From: Desulfobacterales bacterium
Lineage (GTDB): Bacteria; Desulfobacterota; Desulfobacteria; Desulfobacterales; UBA2245
Direction: 5' to 3'
NCBI GenBank assembly: GCA_040771865.1
Contig: JAXGZF010000004.1
Span: forward strand, 353,916-417,915
Length of the DNA: 64,000 nucleotides
The notes under the pieces: generated by a model
The model's input: only the letters and a program-made list of their open reading frames with translations
Told to the model about the DNA's origin: nothing
Databases searched by the model: none
Part shown: positions 1 to 10,082 of the stretch, piece after piece
How positions within the stretch are numbered: position 1 is the stretch's first letter
Layout of the letters: each line of letters begins with the position of its first letter
Program-made: the position numbers and the translations under genes

Positions 1-2
1 CC

Positions 3-1148
3 ATGGCCTATCTCAAGCAGCCGTCGGGAAACCGCGTGCTGTTTATTACCACTTCCGGTGGAGCGGCCATTCTGGCCACCGACGCCGCCGAGCGCGAGGG
101 TCTCTCGGTTCCTCCGCTTCCTGAAGAACTGGCCGATGCGCTCGAGGGCGTCATTCCGCCCCATGCCATTCATAGAAATCCGCTGGATCTGACCGGCGAT
201 GCGGATGCCGCCATGTTTGCCAGGGTGATGGAACGGTCCAGGCCGTATTATGATGTCCTGGGCGTCATCTTCGGAGATCCGATTCGAAATGCCGCAGAGG
301 TGGTTGCGGCCGGCGCTCCAGAGCTGATCATATTCCTGGGCGGCGCCGAGGTGGAGCGCGAAGAGCGCATGAAGATGCATCGCAAGGGCATTCCGGTATT
401 TCCCACTCCGGAACGCGGGATCCGCGCCCTTTCTCAGGCAATGCCCGCCGGTTTGAAAACGCGGCCCGCACCGACAACCTTTCCGGAGGCCTCCGGCCGT
501 AAACTGTCGGGTTTTTTCGATTCCATCTCCTGGCTGTCTGAAAGGGGAATGCCCTGCGTGAAAACCCGGCTGGCGAAAAGCGCGGATGAGGCGGTTGCAA
601 TATCCAAAGAAATCGGCTATCCGGTGGTCCTGAAAGTGGACTCTCCGGATCTGATGCACAAGAGCGACTCAGGCGGGGTCCGCCTGAACCTGTCATCCGG
701 CGCCGAGGTGCGGGATGCCTGCGAACGGATATTTCAAGACGTGAAAACCCGGAACCCGGAAGCGCGCATCAACGGAATCGCCGTCAGTTCCATGGCCCGT
801 TCCGGCCTTGAGCTGATTCTGGGCATGCGACGGGATTCCCAGTTTGGTCCGGTTCTGATGTTCGGACTCGGCGGCATCGGCGTGGAAGTGTTCCGGGATG
901 TGTCCCTGCGGCTGATGCCTTTTTCCAAAGACGACGCCCTGGCAATGATGTCGGAAATCAGGGGTGCGGCCATGCTTTCGGGCTTTCGAAACACGCCGCC
1001 GGTCGACCGGAATACTCTGGCCGATGCCCTGGTCCGGCTTTCCGAGATCGCACGGGACCATGAAGAAATCGCCGAGATGGATCTGAATCCGGTGATCGCC
1101 CGGCCGGACGGCATCCTGATCGTGGACGCCCGGATCATCCGGGCGTAG
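3..1148 (+). CDS. Acetate/acyl-CoA ligase (ADP-forming) family, C-terminal part; gene begins before the window
   Basis: SGGAAIL and NPLDLTGD ligase motifs followed by an ATP-grasp domain (GYPVVLKV, HKSDSGGV, FGPVLMFGLGG, EMDLNP). Confidence 0.85.
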   Translation: MAYLKQPSGNRVLFITTSGGAAILATDAAEREGLSVPPLPEELADALEGVIPPHAIHRNPLDLTGDADAAMFARVMERSRPYYDVLGVIFGDPIRNAAEVVAAGAPELIIFLGGAEVEREERMKMHRKGIPVFPTPERGIRALSQAMPAGLKTRPAPTTFPEASGRKLSGFFDSISWLSERGMPCVKTRLAKSADEAVAISKEIGYPVVLKVDSPDLMHKSDSGGVRLNLSSGAEVRDACERIFQDVKTRNPEARINGIAVSSMARSGLELILGMRRDSQFGPVLMFGLGGIGVEVFRDVSLRLMPFSKDDALAMMSEIRGAAMLSGFRNTPPVDRNTLADALVRLSEIARDHEEIAEMDLNPVIARPDGILIVDARIIRA

Positions 1149-1155
1149 AAACAAC

Positions 1156-1188
1156 AACGCCTCCTGAAGCAAATGCTCAGGAGGCGTT
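1156..1188. terminator. Hairpin between convergent genes, probable terminator
   Basis: AACGCCTCCTGA...TCAGGAGGCGTT inverted repeat. Confidence 0.65.
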
Positions 1189-1207
1189 TCGCATGAGTTC
1201 AGGGGAC

Positions 1208-2290
1208 TTATCCCTGCCTGCGTTCGAATTCCTTCATGAAGTCGGCCAAGGCCTTGCATGAATCCATGGGTACGGCGTTATAAACCGATGCACGACAGCC
1301 GCCTACGGATCGATGGCCCTTGAGGCCTCCCAGCGCGTTTTTCTGGGCCTGGGCCAGAAATTCCTTTTCCAGGTTTTCGTCCGCCAGCCGGAAGGTAATG
1401 TTCATCAATGAACGGCTGTCCTTGTCGGCGGTGCCGCGGTAAAAATCCCCGCCGTCAATCACGTCGTAAATCAGGGCCGCTTTCTGCTCATTGATCGCCT
1501 GCATCTTTTCGAGGCCCCCGATGGTCTCTTCCAGCCATTTGAGCACCAGGCTGGTCGCGTAGATGGAAAAACACGGAGGCGTGTTGAACAGGGAATTTTC
1601 CTTGGAAAAGGTTGTATATTTGAGCATGACGGGAAGCTTTTCAGGAACTCGATCCAGCATATCCTTTCGAATGATCGCCATGCACACGCCGGCGGGACCG
1701 ATGTTTTTCTGAGCGCCGGCATAAATCAGGCCGAAAGGAGACGGATCAAACGGGCGGCTGAGAATGTCCGAGGACATGTCGGCGATCAGGGGAACCGCGC
1801 CGGTATTCGGAAATCTCGCCCACTGCGTGCCCTTGATGGTGTTGTTGGAGGTGATGTGCACATAGGCGGCCTGCCCGTCAAAAGCGATATTTTTGGGAAT
1901 GTAGCAGAAATTCCGGTCTTCGGATGAGGCGGCAACGCGCACGGATTTGCCGAGGTTCTTTGCTTCCTTAATGGCCTTGGTGGACCAGGTGCCGGTGTTG
2001 ACGTAATCGGCGGATTTTCCGTCAGCCAGCAGATTCATCGGAATCATGCAGAACTGTAGGCTGGCGCCGCCCTGAATGAACAGGACCTGAAAACGGTCGT
2101 CCAGTTTGAGCAGTCGCCTGGTGCGGATGATCGCATCGTTCAGCACATCCTCGAACGCCTTGGAACGGTGGCTGACCTCGACAATGGACATGCCGGTTCC
2201 GGCAAAATCCAGAAATGTTTCTTGAATTTCTTCGAGTACGCTGAGCGGAAGGGCCGCCGGGCCCGGATTGAAATTATGAATTCTTTTCAT
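1208..2290 (-). CDS. serC: Phosphoserine aminotransferase
   Basis: NFNPGPAALP, EVSHRS, QGGAS, GAQKNIGPAG (PLP lysine), GHRSVGG. Confidence 0.97.
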   Translation of the reverse strand: MKRIHNFNPGPAALPLSVLEEIQETFLDFAGTGMSIVEVSHRSKAFEDVLNDAIIRTRRLLKLDDRFQVLFIQGGASLQFCMIPMNLLADGKSADYVNTGTWSTKAIKEAKNLGKSVRVAASSEDRNFCYIPKNIAFDGQAAYVHITSNNTIKGTQWARFPNTGAVPLIADMSSDILSRPFDPSPFGLIYAGAQKNIGPAGVCMAIIRKDMLDRVPEKLPVMLKYTTFSKENSLFNTPPCFSIYATSLVLKWLEETIGGLEKMQAINEQKAALIYDVIDGGDFYRGTADKDSRSLMNITFRLADENLEKEFLAQAQKNALGGLKGHRSVGGCRASVYNAVPMDSCKALADFMKEFERRQG

Positions 2291-2529
2291 GGCGTTGCCT
2301 CCGATGACCTTTGATATTCTTTATTGAAAAGTCCGTATCTTAATATCTGGAAAAAATATGTCAATCGGAATTTTGTGCCGTTAAAGCCGATCGCAACTTC
2401 CGGCAAGGGATGTTGACAAACCGATCTTATTCGCCTAAATCTTTCGAAAATCATGTTGCCTGGGGAGATGAACTTGATTGCCATATACAGTGATAAGGTT
2501 TGCCTGCAATTCATTCAAGAAGACAATTT

Positions 2530-3837
2530 ATGAAAATCTATCATTATCCTTCAAATTCTGCTGAAAAGAAGCTTTTGGCCATCATCAACCGGGGTCTTTC
2601 CTTTACCCGGAAACAACAGATCGAGGTGTCGAGAATACTGGAAGATGTCCGTAAAAACGGAGATGCGGCGCTGATTCGATACGCCGCGCGGTTCGACGGG
2701 AGCCGGCTTTCGCCGGAAAATCTTCAGACTACCCCTCAGGAGATGGATGCGGCACTAAATCAGGTTTCACCCGATTTTATGGGAGCCCTGGAACGGGCCG
2801 CCTCGCAGATCGAGGATTTTCATCGCAGACAGCTGCGCCAGTCCTGGATTGCTTCTCCTCGGAAAGGCGCGCTTCTGGGACAGCTGGTGCATCCGGTTGA
2901 TGCGGCCGGAGTTTATGTGCCGGGAGGTCAGGGCGGCCGGACGCCCTTGGCGTCATCGGTGCTGATGGGCGCCATTCCCGCACGAATCGCCGGAGTGAAG
3001 AACGTCTACATGGTCACACCGCCCACGGCTGACGGCGGGATCAACCCGCACCTGCTGGCAGCGGCTCACCGGGCCGGCGTTACCGCGGTCTTCAAGACCG
3101 GAAGCGCCTGGGCCATCGGCGCCTTGGCCTATGGAACGGCAACCATTCCCAGGGTGGACGTCATTGTCGGACCGGGAAACATATACGTCACGCTGGCCAA
3201 AAAACTGGTTTCCGGAATCGTCGGCATTGATATGATTGCCGGGCCCAGCGAGATCATGATCGTGGCCGATGAAACGGCGGATCCCGAATTCGCGGCCGCG
3301 GATCTGCTTTCTCAGGCCGAACACGACGCACTGGCCTCTTCGGTGCTGGCGACCTCCTCGCGCCGGCTGGCACGCGAGACCGCAAAGGCGGTATCCGGTC
3401 AGATTGATTCTCTGAGCCGCAGGGAGATCGCCCAGAAATCCATTTCAAAATACGGTGCGATTCTGGTTGTTGCGGATATTTCGACCGCCATTGATCTGGC
3501 TAATCGGATTGCGCCGGAACACCTGGAACTTCAGATTCAGGATCCGTTCTCTCAGCTGGACCGGATTCGCCATGCGGGCGCGGTGTTTCTCGGCGGTTTT
3601 ACCCCGGAGCCTGTGGGAGACTACATGGCCGGTCCCAATCATGTTCTGCCGACGGCCGGAACCGCCCGGTTTTCTTCCGTGCTTTCGGTGGAACATTTTA
3701 TCAAACGGACCAGCCTGATCCATTACACCCCTTCGGCCTTCCGTCTGGAAGCCGAAGACATCCTTCGGCTGGCGGAGATCGAGGGTCTGGACGCTCATGC
3801 CAGGTCCGTGAGTGTGAGGCTACAGAAATTAGAATAA
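2530..3837 (+). CDS. hisD: Histidinol dehydrogenase
   Basis: GVYVPGG, VGPGNIYV, DMIAGPSE, QAEHD, APEHLE, GPNHVLPT; start placed at ATG 2530. Confidence 0.97.
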   Translation: MKIYHYPSNSAEKKLLAIINRGLSFTRKQQIEVSRILEDVRKNGDAALIRYAARFDGSRLSPENLQTTPQEMDAALNQVSPDFMGALERAASQIEDFHRRQLRQSWIASPRKGALLGQLVHPVDAAGVYVPGGQGGRTPLASSVLMGAIPARIAGVKNVYMVTPPTADGGINPHLLAAAHRAGVTAVFKTGSAWAIGALAYGTATIPRVDVIVGPGNIYVTLAKKLVSGIVGIDMIAGPSEIMIVADETADPEFAAADLLSQAEHDALASSVLATSSRRLARETAKAVSGQIDSLSRREIAQKSISKYGAILVVADISTAIDLANRIAPEHLELQIQDPFSQLDRIRHAGAVFLGGFTPEPVGDYMAGPNHVLPTAGTARFSSVLSVEHFIKRTSLIHYTPSAFRLEAEDILRLAEIEGLDAHARSVSVRLQKLE

Positions 3838-3840
3838 TTC

Positions 3841-3870
3841 TTGACACAATAAAGGTGCAAGTATATATAT
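3841..3870 (+). promoter_or_regulatory. Putative sigma70 promoter of the fdh operon
   Basis: TTGACA, 17-nt spacer, TATATA(T). Confidence 0.5.
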
Positions 3871-3985
3871 GTTTTTCTAAACATCGCCGTTGGCGGTATA
3901 GATAAACTGCAACCTGTTAAGCGATCATTTTTCTTATGATGATGGATTTGTTGGCAATAATTTCAGTAAGAAAGGAGCAATTCGC

Positions 3986-6900
3986 ATGAATGTAACACGA
4001 AGGGAGTTCATCCAGATCACGGGCGCGACCGCCGCTGGTCTGGCCGTGAGCGGGATCGGATTCGGCCTCTCCCCGGTCAAATCTCACGCCCAGATGCTCA
4101 AGACCAAGTATGCCAAGCAGACCACGACCATCTGCTGCTACTGTGCGGTGGGCTGCGGCGCCATCGTGCATACGAGCAAAGCCAGTGGCCGGGCCATCAA
4201 TGTCGAGGGCGATCCGGATCATGTGATCAACCGCGGTGCACTCTGCGCCAAGGGCGCGTCTCTGTTTCAACTGGCGGAGAACAAGAACCGTCTGACCGAA
4301 CCCATGTATCGAGCGCCTTACTCGGACAAATGGCAGAAGGTTTCCTGGGAGTGGGCGATGGAAGAGATCGCCAAAAGAGTGAAGAAAACCCGCGATGCCG
4401 GCTTCACGCTCAAAAACGACAAGGGGCAGGTGGTCAACCGCACCACCGCCTTGGCGTCTTGCGGAAGTGCGGCCATGGACAACGAGGAATGCTGGATTTA
4501 TCAGGCGTTGATGCGCGCCCTGGGGCTTGTCTATATCGAACATCAGGCCCGTATCTGACATAGCGCTACTGTTGCGGCTCTGGCAGAGTCGTTCGGACGC
4601 GGCGCTATGACCAATCACTGGATTGACCTGAGAAACAGCGATGTTCTGCTGGCAATGGGCAGCAATCCGGCGGAAAACCATCCCATTTCCTTCAAGTACA
4701 TTACACAAGCCCAGCTTAATGGCGCAACGCTGATCAGCGTGGATCCCCGTTTCACCAAGACCTCGTCCAAGGCCGATATGTACGTTCCGCTTCGTTCCGG
4801 AACGGACATCGCCTTTCTCGGGGGCATGATCAAGTACATTCTGGACAACAAGCTCTACGATGTGGAATACGTGGCCAATTACACCAATGCGCCTTTTATC
4901 GTGGGTAAGGACTTTGGTTTCAAGGACGGTCTTTTCACAGGCTATGATAAGAAAACCCGGTCCTACGACAGCAAGAAATGGGCGTTTGCAATGGACGCCA
5001 ACGGGGTCCCCAAGATGGACCGGACCCTCAAGGACAAACGGTGCGTTCTGAGTCTGCTCAAGAAGCATTACGACCGCTACACCACCAAACTCGTTTCCAA
5101 GATCACCGGAACGCCCGAAGCCGATCTGGTCAAGGTTTACAAGGCCTACGGCGCCACGGGCGCCAAGGGCAAGGCCGGAACGAGCATGTACGCCATGGGC
5201 TGGACCCAGCATACCGTGGGCGTGCAGAACATCCGCACCATGGCGATGATCCAGCTTCTGCTGGGCAACATGGGCATTGCCGGCGGCGGCGTGAACGCCA
5301 TGCGCGGCGAGTCCAACGTTCAGGGCTCCACGGACCACTGCCTGCTGTGGCACATTCTGCCCGGCTACCTGAAGATTCCGACGGCGGCCGATGATTCGCT
5401 GGACACCTATCTGACAAAGAACACCCCTGTCAGCAAGGACCCGCTGAGTGCGAACTGGTGGCAGAACTATCCCAAGTACACGGTCAGCCTGCTCAAATCC
5501 TTTTTCGGGGATAAGGCCCAGAAAGAGAACGGTTTCGGATTCAACTGGCTGCCCAAGTGCGATAACGGCAAGGATTACTCCTGGCTGAGCCTCTTTGACG
5601 AAATGTACAAGGGCTCGTTCAAGGGATTTTTTGCGTGGGGCATGAACCCGGCATGCAGCGGGGCCAATTCCAACAAAACCCGCGCGGCCATGACCAAGCT
5701 CGACTGGATGGTCAATGTCAACATTTGCGACAATGAGACCGGTTCTTTCTGGCGCGGTCCGGGGATGAATCCGGCCAGCATTAAGACCGAGGTGTTCATG
5801 CTGCCCGCCTGCGTTTCCTATGAGAAGGAAGGCAGCATCTCCAACAGCGGCCGGTGGATGCAGTGGCGCTACCAGGGTCCCAATCGCTTGGGCAACAGCC
5901 TGCCCGACGGCGACATGATTGTTGAGCTGGGCCTCAAGCTCAAGGAGCTTTACGAAAAAGAGGGCGGGGTATTCCCCGAACCCATTCTCAATCTCAAGTG
6001 GGATTACATGACCCACCATGAGTTTGATCCTCACAAGGCGGCCAAGGAGATCAACGGATACTTCCTGAAAGACGTGACCATTAAGGATACGACGTACAAG
6101 GCCGGCACCCTGGTGCCGAGCTTTGCCATGCTGCAGGCCGACGGATCGACCTCTTCGGCGAACTGGCTGTACTGCGCCAGCTATACGGAGAAGGGCAACA
6201 TGGCCGCACGCCGGGGCCAGGAAGACGCCGAGAACAAGATCGGTCTCTATCCTAATTTTTCCTGGTGCTGGCCGGTCAACCGGCGCATCATCTACAATCG
6301 TGCTTCCGTGGATCTCAAGGGCAATCCGAGAGACGAGAAGCGATGGGTCATCAAGTGGACCGGAGAGAAGTGGATCGGCGATGTGCCCGACGGAGGATGG
6401 CCGCCGCTGCAGAATGCCGACGGCACGCCCAATCCCAAGAGCAAGCATCCATTTATTATGCGCAAACACGGTCATGGCCAGATTTTCGGCCCGGGCCTGA
6501 AGGACGGTCCATTCCCCGAGCATTACGAACCGATGGAGTGCCCGGTGGAAAAGAACTTCATGAGCAAGCAGTTTGTCAGCCCGGTGGCGCCGGTTTATGA
6601 ATCCGACATGGATGCACGTGCGACCTGCGATCCGCGCTTCCCGTATATCGGATCGACCTACCGGGTCGTCGAGCACTGGCAGACCGGTCTGATGACGCGG
6701 CCTCAGCCCTGGCTGCTGGAACTTCAGCCGCAGATGTTTGTGGAGATGAGCGAGGAGCTTGCCAAACTCAAAGGCATCAAAACCGGAGAACGCGTCCGGG
6801 TGTCCTCTGCGCGTGGATCTGTAGACTGCATCGCCATGGTGACCAAGCGCTTCAAGCCCTTTAAAATCGCTGGGAATACGGTTCATGAGGTTGGCGTGCC

Positions 6901-7033
6901 CTGGCATTTTGGATGGCGATGGCCGGAGAGCGGCACGGAGGAAAGCGCCAACCTGCTGACCGTTGCGGCCGGTGATCCCAACACCCGGATTCCGGAAAGC
7001 AAGGCCTTTATGTGCAATGTTTCGAAAATATAG
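3986..7033 (+). CDS. fdhA: Formate dehydrogenase alpha subunit, selenocysteine-containing, Tat-exported
   Basis: ORFs 3986-4558 and 4607-7033 are in the same frame and joined by TGA 4556-4558 in EHQARI-U-HSATVAAL; TRREF Tat motif; CxxCxxxC FeS motif; RGESNVQG. Confidence 0.95.
4574..4592 (+). promoter_or_regulatory. Bacterial SECIS hairpin
   Basis: GCGGCTCT-GGC-AGAGTCGT stem-loop starting 15 nt after the in-frame TGA. Confidence 0.75.
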
Positions 7034-7049
7034 AGGGGAGGCGAGATAG

Positions 7050-7772
7050 ATGAGCAAAGCAATTTTTGTCGATACGACAACCTGCACAGCCTGTCGCGGT
7101 TGCCAGATAGCCTGCAAGCAGTGGCATGGCCTGCCTGCGGAACAAACCACCAATCGTGGAACTTTTGAAAATCCTGCGGATCTTTCTTTCAACACCTACA
7201 AGATCGTCCGGATGCGGGAAGAGGTGATCGACGGCAAGCTGAACTGGCTGTTCTTTCCGGAGCAGTGCCGTCACTGCCTCGAACCGCCCTGCGGAGGCAT
7301 TGCCCAGGATGAGAGTTCCATTTTCCGGGATGAGCGGACCGGCGCCGTGATTTTTACGGCGAACAGCAAGAGTCTCAACGCTCAGGAAATCACCGAAGCC
7401 TGCCCGTACAATATTCCCCGGGCCGGCGAGGATGGGACGCTGGCCAAGTGCGACCTGTGCAACGACCGGGTCGAGAACGGACTGCTTCCGGCCTGCGTGC
7501 AGACGTGCCCCACAGGCGCCATGAGTTTCGGCGACCGGGAAGAGATGCTGGACAAGGCCAAGAAACGCCTGGAAGTGGTGAAGCAGAAATATCCCAAGGC
7601 CATGCTGCTGGATCCTGACGATGTCAGCGTGATTTATCTGGTGGCCTTTGAACCGAAGTACTACCATGAGTTTGCGGTGGCTTCGCGTTCGACGGGATAC
7701 GACATGACGCGGAAGATGGCTCTGCGGAAGATGTTCCGTCCGCTGGCAAACATCATGTCTTCATTGACATAA
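7050..7772 (+). CDS. fdhB: Formate dehydrogenase iron-sulfur beta subunit
   Basis: CTACRGCQIAC, CRHCLEPPC, KCDLC...PACVQTCP; follows fdhA. Confidence 0.93.
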   Translation: MSKAIFVDTTTCTACRGCQIACKQWHGLPAEQTTNRGTFENPADLSFNTYKIVRMREEVIDGKLNWLFFPEQCRHCLEPPCGGIAQDESSIFRDERTGAVIFTANSKSLNAQEITEACPYNIPRAGEDGTLAKCDLCNDRVENGLLPACVQTCPTGAMSFGDREEMLDKAKKRLEVVKQKYPKAMLLDPDDVSVIYLVAFEPKYYHEFAVASRSTGYDMTRKMALRKMFRPLANIMSSLT

Positions 7773-7868
7773 ACAAAACGTGTATTAATTTCAAAAAGTA
7801 ACATCGAGAGGGGAGAGTTGATCTCCCCTCTCGCGCTACATGACTATGACAAACGATCAGGAGAAGGA

Positions 7869-8753
7869 ATGACCCAGCAGACAGAGACCACCCCGGCCCA
7901 GGTCGGAAAAGCGGCAGAATCCATTATGAGCATAAGACCTTTTTACGGGGAGCTGATCGGGTTTTACCAGGCCGTATTTATGGCACAGGAAGAGGCGAAG
8001 CAGACCGTTCGAATCGAGGCAAAACCGATTTCCGAGGACATGCTGAAGCTCAAGCTCAAGGAGAAGTTTCCCCTGGTTTCCGTAAGCGAGTTTGAGCTGG
8101 ATGAAGTCTCCTGCAGGCAGCTTTTTGATAAAATCAGCCGCATCATTTGCGAGAAAAATCCGGGTCTGAAGTCCTCCGCCGAGGTTTTGATCGCCGCTGT
8201 GGACAAGGGCGATCTCAGGGTTGAGGATCTCTGCCGGGCCCTGCTGGCCGGAAATGATTCCGTTTTTGAAAAGTACGCCGAGGAATTGAAGGTTGACAAG
8301 AAGCTGCTGGCATTTATTGTCTACAACAGCGTCAAGCCTTCGCTGAACGTTTTTGCCGAAAAGACGGCACAGCAACTGGCGCCGGATTATTACTGGGGCA
8401 AGGGGTATTGCCCGGTATGCGGAAACACTCCGGCCATTGCGGTTCTGCAGGGCGAGGGAGAGCGGTTTTTGCACTGCGGCTTCTGCGGTTATCACTGGTC
8501 CGCGATGCGTATATACTGTCCGTTCTGCGAAAACAAGGACGCCAAGACCCTGAGCTATTTTTACAGCGAGTCGGAACCGGAGTACCGGGTGGATATCTGC
8601 GAAGCCTGCAACAAGTACATCAAGACGGTGGATCTTCGAAAGCTCAGCCGGGAGTGCTACATACCCCTGGAGCAGGTCGCGACCCTTCACCTGGATCTGA
8701 AGGCCCGTGAAATGGGCATTGAAAGTGGAACCAGCCTTCATCTTGAACCTTGA
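7869..8753 (+). CDS. fdhE: Formate dehydrogenase accessory protein FdhE
   Basis: C-terminal CPVCG, CGFC, CPFC, CEAC..YIKTVD motifs; ATG 7869 follows a GGAG-type RBS. Confidence 0.9.
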   Translation: MTQQTETTPAQVGKAAESIMSIRPFYGELIGFYQAVFMAQEEAKQTVRIEAKPISEDMLKLKLKEKFPLVSVSEFELDEVSCRQLFDKISRIICEKNPGLKSSAEVLIAAVDKGDLRVEDLCRALLAGNDSVFEKYAEELKVDKKLLAFIVYNSVKPSLNVFAEKTAQQLAPDYYWGKGYCPVCGNTPAIAVLQGEGERFLHCGFCGYHWSAMRIYCPFCENKDAKTLSYFYSESEPEYRVDICEACNKYIKTVDLRKLSRECYIPLEQVATLHLDLKAREMGIESGTSLHLEP

Positions 8754-8788
8754 ATAGAAAATATTTCGGCTGGAAATCAAACCGATTT

Positions 8789-8830
8789 AAAGACCGATGG
8801 CCTTTGCGGCCGCCATCGGTCTTTTGTTTT
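8789..8830 (+). terminator. Intrinsic terminator of the fdh operon
   Basis: AAAGACCGATGGC...GCCATCGGTCTTT followed by a T-rich tail. Confidence 0.8.
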
Positions 8831-8958
8831 TGACTTATCCCGTGTTACACTATTCCTGCACGAAGAATTCAATTGCGGCAAAAGCCCATCGGTTGATGGA
8901 CCGGCTCAATCGACATGAAATGGATTGATTGCCCATGGATGAAGCGCGCGAAAACAGG

Positions 8959-9942
8959 ATGGTTGTTCTGGCCGGTGATATCGGCGGCACAAAAACGCGA
9001 ATCGGGTGGTTTCGCCGAGGAGAAAACCGGCCGGAGCCTTTTGCGATCTGTACCTATGCCTCGAGAGAGGCAGCGGGAATCGAGGAGATTCTGGCAGATT
9101 TTATCAGTCGCCACGGATTTTCCGGTCAGCGGGCCTGCTTCGGAATTGCCGGACCGGTTCGCAACGGCACGTGCAAACCCACCTATTTGCCCTGGAAGGT
9201 TTCAGCGGCGCACATCCGGCAACGGTTCGGGTGGCAGCGTGTTTATCTGATCAATGATCTTGAAGCAACCGCCCTGGCCGTACCGCTGCTTAAAGACGAT
9301 GAATGCTGCGGTTTGAATCCCGCATCCATTCAGGTCCGTTCGACGATAGGCGTGATTGCTCCGGGAACCGGCCTGGGACAGGCCATTCTGGTTCCGGACC
9401 GAGATCGCTGGATTCCTGTGAGCTCGGAAGGGGGACACACGGATTTTGCCCCCGTAAACGAGGAGCAGGTGGATCTGTGGCGATACCTTCGAAGCCGGTA
9501 CGGTCATGTGAGCCTTGAACGCGTGCTGTCCGGCGCTGGGCTGGTCAATATCTACGCCTGGCTTAAAAATTTACGGGTGATTTCAGAGCCTCCTTGGCTG
9601 GTCCAGGCCCTTCTGGAAAACGACCCGGCCAGGGTGATTTCGCGGACGGCCCTGGAAGAACGTCATGAACCCTGCGTCAGGGCTCTGAACACCTTTGTGG
9701 CAATATTCGGCTCTGCCGCTGGCAACCTGGCCCTGACCGTCGGTGCGACTGGCGGAATTTATCTGGGGGGCGGCATTGTCCCGAAAATTCTGCCCGCCCT
9801 GCAACAGGGGCTTTTCATGGAAGCTTTCATCGCAAAAGGCCGGTTTAAAAATTACCTGGAGGCGATACCGGTTTGCGCGATTTTAAACGATCAGGCAGCC
9901 CTGTTCGGCGCGGCAGTCTGTGCGTTCAGGGATGCCGAATAG
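8959..9942 (+). CDS. glk: Glucokinase (Glk family)
   Basis: LAGDIGGTKT, GIAGPV, LINDLEA, PGTGLG, SEGGH, YLGGGI; start could also be 8935. Confidence 0.92.
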   Translation: MVVLAGDIGGTKTRIGWFRRGENRPEPFAICTYASREAAGIEEILADFISRHGFSGQRACFGIAGPVRNGTCKPTYLPWKVSAAHIRQRFGWQRVYLINDLEATALAVPLLKDDECCGLNPASIQVRSTIGVIAPGTGLGQAILVPDRDRWIPVSSEGGHTDFAPVNEEQVDLWRYLRSRYGHVSLERVLSGAGLVNIYAWLKNLRVISEPPWLVQALLENDPARVISRTALEERHEPCVRALNTFVAIFGSAAGNLALTVGATGGIYLGGGIVPKILPALQQGLFMEAFIAKGRFKNYLEAIPVCAILNDQAALFGAAVCAFRDAE

Positions 9943-10082
9943 CCAATTTCATGTGAATCTGCTGCGGAGATTTTTCGAGATGCCGCGATGAGGCTGTCAT
10001 GAGGCTTCTTCCGGGCGGATGAGTCGGTATAATAGCGATTATCAGACTTTTATATTCACCATATGTTTTCAAGGAAGCGCCG

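Noticed and set aside
4556..4558. fdhA as a nonsense pseudogene
   Set aside because: The TGA is at the Sec position and has a SECIS-like hairpin
3917..7195. 1092-aa minus-strand ORF
   Set aside because: Antisense shadow of fdhA/fdhB caused by codon bias; no recognisable motifs
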